The notes beneath the pieces were generated by a model. It did not search any database. It was not told the DNA's origin and saw only the letters and a program-made list of their open reading frames with translations. A stretch of 28,526 nt of DNA from a bacterium (Candidatus Torokbacteria) CG_4_10_14_0_2_um_filter_35_8. GTDB lineage: Bacteria; Patescibacteriota; GCA-2792135. Shown piece by piece: positions 10,738-18,456 of the stretch. Both the position numbers and the translations under genes were made by a program. Where the stretch lies: contig PFNU01000141.1 of assembly GCA_002792135.1 (NCBI GenBank), positions 1 through 28,526 on the forward strand, in the 5' to 3' direction. Each line of letters starts with the position of its first letter. Position 1 is the first letter of the stretch.

Positions 10738-11209
10738 AAAAACCAGGCGATGAATAAGCCGGATTTTGTATGGGGGCCCGTAGAACGGGCCAGGCAATCA
10801 TTTATCTAGGCCCTAAATTACTCCAGGGCTCAAGCGGTTAATCCTCCGTAGCTTCATATGAAGGAGGACACTAACCTCGCACCAGGTAGGGTTTACCACA
10901 TCCTGATATTGCTACCAAGATAAGAGGATTTTACCCCTCACTTTTCACCTTTTGCCGACAGGCATCCGCCGAAGTCCGCCTGTGGCGGACGAAGGCGAAA
11001 CCCACCAACTGTATAGTCTCTGTGGCACTTTCCCTAGGATTTGAAATCTTTAAAAGAAGTCTATAGAACTTCTGTTAAAAATTTTTCTCTCGCCAGCCGT
11101 TAGCTGGTACCCTTTTTAATGCGCTTAAAGCGCGCATATGGTGTCCGGACTTTCCTCCCCTGCACTTATTGCAGTACAGAGGCGATTACCTTATTGCCTA
11201 GTTTTTTGC
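10738..11209 (-). ncRNA. rnpB: RNase P RNA
   Basis: Reverse strand contains GAGGAAAGUCCGG, AGUGCCACAGA, GGUAAACCC, GCUUGAG, UAGAUAAAUGAU and ACAAAAUCCGGCUUA. The 5' end (AAAACUAGGCAAU) pairs with the 3' end (AUCGCCUGGUUUU) as P1. Confidence 0.96.
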
Positions 11210-11215
11210 AGATAT

Positions 11216-11244
11216 AGTATATAATAATAATGGACTTTTGTCAA
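11216..11244 (-). promoter_or_regulatory. sigma70 promoter of rnpB
   Basis: TTGACA (11244-11239), 17-bp spacer, TATACT (11221-11216), ending about 7 nt upstream of the P1 5' strand. Confidence 0.85.
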
Positions 11245-11253
11245 AAATGCACT

Positions 11254-11439
11254 CTATACCATTCTTTTCAAAGTTTTTATAGCTTCTTCTGTGCTATCAA
11301 ACGGACCGACTAACCTTCCTTTTTTAATATCTTTATCCGCCTCTTTCTCTATTTTCTGCCATCTTTTACTCCAATACCACATCTGATCTTCAATAATATT
11401 TTGTTTAATATCTGTGTTCTTTATTCTTTTAAACTTCAT
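11254..11439 (-). CDS. Small protein resembling the C-terminal part of AbrB/MazE-type type II antitoxins; no DNA-binding domain
   Basis: DQMWYWSKRWQKIEKEADKDIKKGRLVGPFDS resembles the DQxWFWxxxWQxxExEAxxDIxxGRxxGPF tail I recall from such antitoxins. Confidence 0.55.
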   Translation of the reverse strand: MKFKRIKNTDIKQNIIEDQMWYWSKRWQKIEKEADKDIKKGRLVGPFDSTEEAIKTLKRMV

Positions 11440-11633
11440 AGTATCTTCTTATTTAAATCAAATTAAATAAGCTAATTAGAATCTGAACTCTTTTTTTATT
11501 CTTGGGTTCCTCAACAAAACCAGAATATACCATTTTACGGTTTCTTTTAAATCTAATTCTAGCTTGCTAATCACCTTCCTCTATTCTTTATTCGTGATTC
11601 ATGATTCATGATTCTTTTTTGAATTTTACATTT

Positions 11634-12047
11634 TTAATTTTTAATTTTATTGTCAATCGCCTCATTAACTAATTTATCAGCCCCTTTATTCTCTTCTCTC
11701 GGAACACCTCGAAAAACAACAGAATCAAAATTATCTAAAAGTTCTCTTGCTTTAATATGTAAGGATTTTACATTATTACTCCTTACTTTCCACCCAGAAG
11801 ACATCTGTCCTACTAAGAGTTCCGAATCAGAAAATATTTCTAAATTTTTTGCCTTCAGTTTTTTTGCCTCTTTGAACGCCAAAACCAAAGCCTCATACTC
11901 TGCTTGATTATTTGTCTTTGTTCCGAGAAATTTGCTTTTCTTTAAAATAATCTTTCCTTGTTCATCTTCAATTATAATCCCAATTCCAGCGGGTCCAGGA
12001 TTTCCTCTTGCACCACCATCAGTATGAATATAAAACTTATTAAACAT
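11634..12047 (-). CDS. rnhA: Ribonuclease HI
   Basis: TDGGARGNPGPAGIG, TNNQAEYEAL, SDSEL and REENKGADKLVN provide the D-E-D-D catalytic set. Confidence 0.93.
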   Translation of the reverse strand: MFNKFYIHTDGGARGNPGPAGIGIIIEDEQGKIILKKSKFLGTKTNNQAEYEALVLAFKEAKKLKAKNLEIFSDSELLVGQMSSGWKVRSNNVKSLHIKARELLDNFDSVVFRGVPREENKGADKLVNEAIDNKIKN

Positions 12048-12168
12048 AATTATTAGGTTAAATTTTAATGTTTCCTAAAATCTCTAATAAAATTCCAAAC
12101 CTCAAATCCCAAATTACAAACAAACCCATTAGCCTGGGGCTGACAAAATTCAAAACATCCTTTTAAGT

Positions 12169-12290
12169 GTCATTGCCATTCTATTCCGCCTGCAGCAGAG
12201 AAGAATCTTGCAACGTCATTGGACCTGACGGGATCCTTCTCCTCCTTCGCCTGCGGGCTACGGAGGATCAGGATGACGTGGTGTTTGGCA
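12169..12290. repeat. GTCAT(T/C)CTGA-type MITE-like palindromic element, copy 1
   Basis: gtcatt...gagaagaatc...gggatccttctc...ggatcaggatgacgtgg; shares long blocks with 14346-14470 in the same orientation. Confidence 0.75.
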
Positions 12291-12401
12291 GGCGTTTTTT
12301 GGGCATTAGTCATTCAGTCATTGGGATTTGATTAGAAATTGCTAATTGGAAATTGGACATTTGCAACCTCAATTCACAAATCAAAATTTCGGACTTAGAA
12401 T

Positions 12402-14228
12402 TTATCTCACGACAAAATCTACCATTCTAAGTTCTAGCCCCCTTGCCCCATTCCACTCATCACATATCAAATTAAACACCAAATCAATCCTTTTACCGAT
12501 TCTTAAACTAGCACATTTTTCTACCATATTAAAGCCAATGGCTTTAAAATAACGACTATTCTTTTTAATTTCCATCTTAAGATGATTTTCAGCTCGACCC
12601 ACTCTTCTCAAATTCACAATTTCTACATTTTTAATTAGAAATTTGGGTTCAGGGTTTCCTTCTCCAAAAGGTTCAAGCCTTGCGACATCATCAAACAGTT
12701 CTATATTAAGACTTTTTTCTTCCACTTCTTTTTCTATTTTTAAAACTTCTTTTAAATCCTGAGGTTTAATTTTTTTATTAGCAATTTTAGTAATTTTCTT
12801 TTTAAACTCTTCAAAATTCTTCTGCCTAATGTCCATTCCTGCTGCTTGACTATGTCCACCAAACTCCAGTAATAAATTAGAGAGTTTTTCTAAGGCTTTA
12901 GTAATATGAAAGGTAGGAATACTCCTTGCAGAGCCTGTTAAAATATTTCCTCTTTTCTCAAAAATTAATACTGGTCTAGAATACTCTTCCATAATTTTTC
13001 CTGCAACAAGTCCACAGATCCCTGAAGGCCAATTCTCATCATAAGCAATCAAAATTTTTGGAATGCGTTTTGCTTTCTTTGTTAGTCCTAACTTCGCCTT
13101 TGCTTCCCCTATAATTTTATTTACTAAATCCTGCCTATTAACATTTAAAATATTAAGCTTTCTTGCAAGCGGCCTCACCTTATCCTCTCTTTTAATATTT
13201 AATAAATAATAAGCAGAATTCGCATGATCCATTCTGCCTGCAGCATTAAGCCTAGGACCAATTTGGAAGCCTAGAGTATAAGTTGATAAACTCGATCTTA
13301 ATTCATCTGCCTTACTAATTTTTCTAACTTTATCCTCAACTCTAATTCCTGCAAGATTCATAAGTTCCCTTAAACCCAATCTTTGAGTTTTTTCTAAAAC
13401 CTTTAAACCATATTTTACAAAAACTCTATTCTCAGAAATAATTGGCGCACAATCACAAACAGTGCCAAGTGCCACAAGATCCAAAAACCACTTTTCCCGT
13501 CCTTGAGAAATATCAACTTTAGGAATATTTAAAGGCTTCTTTGCTTTTAATTTTGAAGCAAACTTAGAATCACTTGCAGCTCTAATTAAAGCCTGACTTA
13601 ACTTAAAAGCAATTCCCACACCTGTCAACTCTTTAAATGGATACTTACTATCTTTTCTTTTAGGATTAATTATTGCAAGAGCCTTAGGAAGTTTTTTTCG
13701 ACAATGATGATGATCAGTGACAATTATTTTCATTCCAATCTTATTTGCAAGTTCTATCTCTTTAAAATCTGTTACTCCTAAGTCCACTGTGATTATTAAA
13801 TCCGTTCCATTCTTTTCTAAACCCTTGATTACTTTCTCGTTTAATCCATATCCTTCTTTAATCCTATCTGGAATATAAACTGAAACTTTTGCTCCTAGTC
13901 TTTTTAAAGTCTCCGATAAAACTACAGACGCAGTAACCCCATCCACATCATAATCTCCAAAAACAACAATCTTTTTCTTTTCTTTAATAAATTTAAAAAT
14001 CTCCCTGATAACTTTCTTTATATCAGGAAGTAGGAGAGGATCGTATAGATCCTGTCCAAAATCAGGAAGCAGAAAATGATCCACCCCTTTCTGAGTTGTA
14101 ATCTTTCTATTATAAAGAAGCTGAACTAGGGTAGGATTTAGTTCAGGAAATCTATCTAAAATTTTCTTTGGAACCTTTGGGAGGACTTTCCAGGTTTTTT
14201 GAGTTTTTGTGGACACAATTAAATTCAA
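12402..14228 (-). CDS. recJ: ssDNA-specific exonuclease RecJ
   Basis: GDYDVDG, TVDLG, TDHH, ALGTVCD, GPRLNAAGR, GSARS and GGHSQAAG. The listed TTG start lies in a repeat arm, so GTG at 14216 is more likely. Confidence 0.96.
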   Translation of the reverse strand: MNLIVSTKTQKTWKVLPKVPKKILDRFPELNPTLVQLLYNRKITTQKGVDHFLLPDFGQDLYDPLLLPDIKKVIREIFKFIKEKKKIVVFGDYDVDGVTASVVLSETLKRLGAKVSVYIPDRIKEGYGLNEKVIKGLEKNGTDLIITVDLGVTDFKEIELANKIGMKIIVTDHHHCRKKLPKALAIINPKRKDSKYPFKELTGVGIAFKLSQALIRAASDSKFASKLKAKKPLNIPKVDISQGREKWFLDLVALGTVCDCAPIISENRVFVKYGLKVLEKTQRLGLRELMNLAGIRVEDKVRKISKADELRSSLSTYTLGFQIGPRLNAAGRMDHANSAYYLLNIKREDKVRPLARKLNILNVNRQDLVNKIIGEAKAKLGLTKKAKRIPKILIAYDENWPSGICGLVAGKIMEEYSRPVLIFEKRGNILTGSARSIPTFHITKALEKLSNLLLEFGGHSQAAGMDIRQKNFEEFKKKITKIANKKIKPQDLKEVLKIEKEVEEKSLNIELFDDVARLEPFGEGNPEPKFLIKNVEIVNLRRVGRAENHLKMEIKKNSRYFKAIGFNMVEKCASLRIGKRIDLVFNLICDEWNGARGLELRMVDFVVR

Positions 14229-14345
14229 AATCTAAAATTTAAAATGCAAAAATAATGAGTAAGCTGAAGAAATGCGAATGATACGAATGCTATGCGAATC
14301 CGCCTGCGGCGGACGAATATCTGTACGAATTCTGCTAAACACCTC

Positions 14346-14470
14346 CGTCATTCTGATCCGCCCGCGGCGGAGAAGAATCCCACTGAATCTTGCAACGTCT
14401 TTTACCGCACGGGATCCTTCTCTGCCTTCGTCTGCGGACTTCGGCGGATCAGGATGACGTGGCGTTTGGC
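14346..14470. repeat. GTCAT(T/C)CTGA-type MITE-like palindromic element, copy 2
   Basis: Terminal inverted repeats cgtcattctga / tcaggatgacg. It supplies the TGA stop (14449-14451) of the NUDIX ORF. Confidence 0.78.
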
Positions 14471-14949
14471 AAAAGATTCTTCTGTCGCGGACCTTTTAGT
14501 ATCTCTTCAGCTTTTTCTAAAATCTTTCTCGTCTCTTTATATTCAATCTTTTTCTTTGCCTGCCTAAAACTTACCCATTTAAATTCTACAAAACCTTCTT
14601 CTTTCTGTAGCTTGGGCTTCTCTTTTCCTACAAATTTAAAAAGAAAATAATGGACAAATTTATTGTGTAAAATATTCTTTTCTTTTTCCATCTTAAAAAA
14701 ATAATGCTCTTGTCCTATCTTCTCCTCTGTTTTTAGGTGTTTTAAGCCAGTCTCTTCTGATACCTCTCTTTTTGCAGCATCTTTCAAAGATTCTTCCTTT
14801 TCAATCTGACCTTTGGGAAGAGTCCATCTTTTTTCGGTTTTAATCAATAGGATCTTTGGTTCGGTCTTTGTCTTTTCGTAAATTATGCCTCCTGCACTAA
14901 TGTCTAGAATGACTTTGGGTTTCTTTTTTGTTTTGTGAGGTTTGTTCAT
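14449..14949 (-). CDS. NUDIX hydrolase (Ap4A hydrolase-like)
   Basis: Nudix box GQIEKEESLKDAAKREVSEETGL = GX5EX7REUXEEXGU, plus SAGGII and WTLPKG. Probable start ATG 14949 (MNKPHK), within the longer ORF 14449-15105. Confidence 0.88.
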   Translation of the reverse strand: MNKPHKTKKKPKVILDISAGGIIYEKTKTEPKILLIKTEKRWTLPKGQIEKEESLKDAAKREVSEETGLKHLKTEEKIGQEHYFFKMEKEKNILHNKFVHYFLFKFVGKEKPKLQKEEGFVEFKWVSFRQAKKKIEYKETRKILEKAEEILKGPRQKNLLPNATSS

Positions 14950-14985
14950 GTTGCGAATTAGGAATGGAGGATTAATACCGCTGTA

Positions 14986-15105
14986 GTAGGAACGTTGCAA
15001 TGCAACATTCTCCTTAAGCTTTGTGCAGATAGTTACAAAATAATATCTATTCTGAGAATAATCATAACCAGGAAGACGGTATTGCTTTTGGTATTTATAG
15101 GACAT
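14986..15105 (-). pseudogene. 5' remnant of a REP-associated tyrosine transposase (RAYT / Y1_Tnp) ending in its REP palindrome
   Basis: YRLPGYDYSQNRYYFVTICT matches the RLxGYDYSxxGxYFVTICT N-terminus of RAYT-type Y1 transposases. The HUH and catalytic Tyr regions are absent. It is followed by gtaggaacgttgcaatgcaacattctcc. Confidence 0.75.
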
Positions 15106-15170
15106 GGGGTTAAAAGGTTTTTTGTCATAAATATTCTATATTCCATATTCTAAATTCTTCATTCTCAATT

Positions 15171-15208
15171 CCCTAGTAGCCTAGTAGTCCTAGTTGCCTA
15201 GTAGCCTA
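15171..15208. repeat. CCTAGTAG(C/T) tandem arm overlapping the ackA 3' end
   Basis: ccctagtagcctagtagtcctagttgcctagtagccta; encodes NRLLGN plus the TAG stop. Confidence 0.85.
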
Positions 15209-16233
15209 TTCTTTATTTCCCTTGCGATCATCAATTCCTCATCAGTCTTAACAGCAAAAACCTTTACACCTTTTAAAGAGTTTTTAATATCCTTTATAAT
15301 TTTGCTTCTAATTAATCTGCTTCTAAAACCAATGGCACCAGTAAAAACTAGAGCATCTACTCTGGATAGAACAACTAAGTAAGACCCGATGTATTTTTGA
15401 ATTCTATAGACATACATATCTAGTGCTAATTTCGCTTTTTTATTACCCTGTCTAACTTTGGTTAAAACCTCTTTCATATTAGATGTTCCACAGATTCCTT
15501 TCATACCGCTTTCATAATTCAACATTTGATCTATTTTTTTAAAATCCCATTTTTTCTTCCTTGTAAGATAAATCAAAATTCCAGGATCAATATTTCCACC
15601 CCTACTCATCATCATTAAACCCTCAAGAGGAGTGAAACCCATTGATGTATCAATTACTTTTCCTTTTTTAATAGCTGAAATACTTGCACCACCTCCAAGA
15701 TGAATAGTAATTAAATTTAAATCTCCCAACTTCTTACCAAGTTTTTTAGCAACTTCTTCGGAAACAAAATTATGGGAAAGTCCATGAAAACCAAAGCGTT
15801 CGATTTTTAACTTTCTGGTTAATCTCCAAGGAAGGGCATAAAAGTTTGCTTTATCTGGAATCGTGGCATGAAAAGCAGTATCAAAACAAGCAACATTTTT
15901 TACCCTCGGCAAAAGCTCTATGCAAGCCCGAATTCCAGCCAGATTTGCAGGATTATGAAGTGGTGCAAGATCAGAAAAATTTTCTAACTCTTTTAGAACT
16001 TTTTTATTAACTACTGTTGGCTTAATAAACTTCCCCCCTCCATGAACAACCCTGTGGCCGATAGCTTTAATCTCCTCAATATTTTTAACTTCCCGTAAAG
16101 CCTTTCTCACTGCCTTTTTATGATCAGTAATGTGTTCAAAATAATTCTCCTGAATAAGTTCTAGGGAATTAAGGCCAAAGAGTTTATATTTTAGAGAAGT
16201 GCTGCCGGAGTTTAAAACTAAAATTTGAGACAT
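15190..16233 (-). CDS. ackA: Acetate kinase (compact, 347 aa)
   Basis: VLNSGSTSLKY, GHRVVHGG, APLHNP, FDTAFH, FHGLSH, HLGGGAS, TSMGFTPLEG and TDEELMIA. Confidence 0.96.
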   Translation of the reverse strand: MSQILVLNSGSTSLKYKLFGLNSLELIQENYFEHITDHKKAVRKALREVKNIEEIKAIGHRVVHGGGKFIKPTVVNKKVLKELENFSDLAPLHNPANLAGIRACIELLPRVKNVACFDTAFHATIPDKANFYALPWRLTRKLKIERFGFHGLSHNFVSEEVAKKLGKKLGDLNLITIHLGGGASISAIKKGKVIDTSMGFTPLEGLMMMSRGGNIDPGILIYLTRKKKWDFKKIDQMLNYESGMKGICGTSNMKEVLTKVRQGNKKAKLALDMYVYRIQKYIGSYLVVLSRVDALVFTGAIGFRSRLIRSKIIKDIKNSLKGVKVFAVKTDEELMIAREIKNRLLGN

Positions 16234-16310
16234 AAGATAATTTTAAGGCTTTAAAAAATAATTTAAAGTGTTATAATCTTTATAGCCTGGGTAAAAGGGG
16301 GTATATAAAA

Positions 16311-16586
16311 ATGAGACTATTTGGATTATTATTTGGGAGAAGAACTACGAGAGATAAATCCAAAACACCTGAAACAAAAGACGAGTTGGTTAAGAGGCTT
16401 GTGACTCTCTTATTAAATGAAGGACAAGCCGAACTCGCGAACATAATCAGCCAAGAGCCAAAAGATAAAATAATAATAGAGGCACAAGATGGCAAGATTA
16501 TTTTTCGCATTACACCGATTGAAGGAAGGGGAAAAAGGATTACGGTTCAGACTGACCAAGAATGTACAAAGCTCTTAACTTCGTAA
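16311..16586 (+). CDS. Hypothetical protein (91 aa), opposite strand
   Basis: ATG preceded by a GGGGG SD-like run and an extended -10 (TGtTATAAT, 16269-16277). It fills the pduL-ackA gap. No family recognised. Confidence 0.65.
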   Translation: MRLFGLLFGRRTTRDKSKTPETKDELVKRLVTLLLNEGQAELANIISQEPKDKIIIEAQDGKIIFRITPIEGRGKRITVQTDQECTKLLTS

Positions 16587-16603
16587 AAACTGCCCGGGCT
16601 TTT

Positions 16604-17200
16604 TTATTTTTCTAAAATAATTCCTACTCCTTCATTGACAATTCCTGCGGCATTTCCTTCATCAGTATCAATATGCACTGCGAGTTTAAAATCTTCATTT
16701 ACCCTTACTTCAACATTATTAAAAACTAATCCTCTTTCACCCCCTATTTCTACAGAAATCTTATCACCACTATCTATTCCTAAAATTTCAGCATCTTTAG
16801 GTGATGTATGCAAGTGCCTTTTAGCAACTATAAGGCCTTCATTTAAAACTGCCTCTCCAGCAGGACCTATTACTCTAAAACCAGGAGAGCCTTCAATATT
16901 ACCAGAAAGCCTAAGAGGAACATCATATCCTAGTCCCAGAAAAAACGCATCTGTTCTAGAAATCTCCACTTGAGCATACTCTCTACAAGGACCAGTCACT
17001 CTTATGCTATCAAAACTTTTCAGCATACCTTTATCATCCTTAACTTCGATTTTTACTATCTCTTTTGCAGCAAACTGCCCTGGTTGAGACAAGTCTTTTA
17101 ACTTTTCCAGCTCGTACCCTTCTCCAAATAATTTTTGTAAAACATCACAAGAAAGATGAATATGACGAGCGGAAACCTCTATAAGGACTTCATTAGCCAT
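16604..17200 (-). CDS. pduL: Phosphate propanoyltransferase / phosphotransacylase PduL
   Basis: SARHIHLS, LSQPGQFAA, GPCREYAQVEISRTDA, LRLSG, VAKRHLH and HIDTDEGNA (metal-binding HxH motifs). Confidence 0.95.
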   Translation of the reverse strand: MANEVLIEVSARHIHLSCDVLQKLFGEGYELEKLKDLSQPGQFAAKEIVKIEVKDDKGMLKSFDSIRVTGPCREYAQVEISRTDAFFLGLGYDVPLRLSGNIEGSPGFRVIGPAGEAVLNEGLIVAKRHLHTSPKDAEILGIDSGDKISVEIGGERGLVFNNVEVRVNEDFKLAVHIDTDEGNAAGIVNEGVGIILEK

Positions 17201-17367
17201 AAATGTAAGTAAATTAAAAATTAAAAATGCAAAATTAAAAAATAGTTTATGAATCTAAGACAATACAAACGATACGAATGCTTTGCGAATAGGACACGAA
17301 TAACTGTACGAATTATATGTGAACCAAGGAAGAATTCGAAATTAAAGATAATACAAGCATAATAAGT

Positions 17368-17404
17368 CCTAGTAGCCTAGTTACCTAGTAGCCCTAGTAG
17401 CCTA
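17368..17404. repeat. CCTAGTAG tandem arm starting at the pfkB stop codon
   Basis: cctagtagcctagttacctagtagccctagtagccta; the final cta is the TAG stop. Confidence 0.85.
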
Positions 17405-18400
17405 ACTTTTCACCCACTTTCTCTCTTTCTCTATAATTTCGTTTCTTGTCAGAAGTCCATTTTGAGCTCCAAATTCTCTTACTACACCAGCGCCATTTAA
17501 GACTCCCCAGTGTAAAGCTTTCTTTATATCTTCACCGTTAATAATTATACTTGCAAGAAAAGCAGCAGAAAAAGCATCACCTGCGCCAAGAGTACTTACT
17601 TCTTTTACTGGATACGATGGAGTCTTAAAAAATTTATTTTCAAAACGCGCAAAAGCACCTTTTTTCCCATCTGTAATAACAGTAATTTTAGAACCAAGGA
17701 AAGATAAAGCCTGGGTGAGACTTTGAAAATTTCTTTTCTCAAATTTCTTTCCGAGAATTTCTACAGCTTCTTCTCTATTTACAATAAAGCAATCGGTCAC
17801 TTTTACAAATCGGGACATTAAACTTCCCTCTTTCCAATTTTCCTTAAGCTCAGTAGCTCCTGGATTCCAGGCAATTTTAATTCTGGGATGGTCTTTTTTA
17901 AACTGTAAGAGATCCTTTATAACTCTATTGGATCTGCCACTTAAGTGACTTATAAAAATCCACTGTGCTTTTTGTAAAGCTCCTTTCTTCAAATAAGCCT
18001 TACAAAGAAAATCACTTACACCTCGATAAGTAAAAACTGTTCTTTCTCCCAAAGGATCGCTTAGAATAATAGAAAGAGCAGTCTTAAGACCAGCTTTTTT
18101 TGTAATTTGGATCAAAGAAGTATCTATTTTCTTTCTATCAAACTCTTTAATAACTGTTTTTCCCATATTATCATTAGAGATAACCCCTAGCGGTACGCAA
18201 TCTATACTAAGTTTCTTTAAAGCGCAAGCAGTATTTCCCCCACCTCCGCCAGTGGAAAAGAAAACATCCTTTGCTACAATCTTCGTACCAAGATTAAAAC
18301 AAAGAAAAGGAGCCTCTTTTCCTCTTTTTAAAATTTTCACAGATGATGTTTTGATAAAAATATCGTAGACAATGCCACCGATGGTTATTACTTGAGACAT
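17402..18400 (-). CDS. PfkB/ribokinase-family carbohydrate kinase
   Basis: GGGGGNTA, NPG, NREEA, TDGKKGA and STLGAGDAFSAAF (PfkB signature with anion-hole GAGD). Confidence 0.9.
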   Translation of the reverse strand: MSQVITIGGIVYDIFIKTSSVKILKRGKEAPFLCFNLGTKIVAKDVFFSTGGGGGNTACALKKLSIDCVPLGVISNDNMGKTVIKEFDRKKIDTSLIQITKKAGLKTALSIILSDPLGERTVFTYRGVSDFLCKAYLKKGALQKAQWIFISHLSGRSNRVIKDLLQFKKDHPRIKIAWNPGATELKENWKEGSLMSRFVKVTDCFIVNREEAVEILGKKFEKRNFQSLTQALSFLGSKITVITDGKKGAFARFENKFFKTPSYPVKEVSTLGAGDAFSAAFLASIIINGEDIKKALHWGVLNGAGVVREFGAQNGLLTRNEIIEKERKWVKS

Positions 18401-18456
18401 GTGAAAAAATTAAAAATTAAAAATGCAAAAATGAGAACTAGGAACCACCTGCGCTT

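Noticed and set aside
14272-14650. Three short plus-strand ORFs (61, 91 and 86 aa)
   Set aside because: They are read-throughs of repeat elements and the NUDIX antisense strand, with no SD or recognisable motif.
14449-15105. Functional RAYT-NUDIX fusion protein as annotated by the 218-aa ORF
   Set aside because: The RAYT part lacks the HUH and catalytic Tyr motifs and is cut at a REP. An internal ATG gives a normal-length NUDIX. Kept only as a remnant.
16587-16610. Intrinsic terminator after the 91-aa orphan
   Set aside because: The GCCCGGGC stem has essentially no loop and is short, so it is not convincing despite the T-run.
16604-17200. Bacterial microcompartment (pdu/eut) locus
   Set aside because: No shell proteins, signature enzyme or encapsulation peptide in the window.
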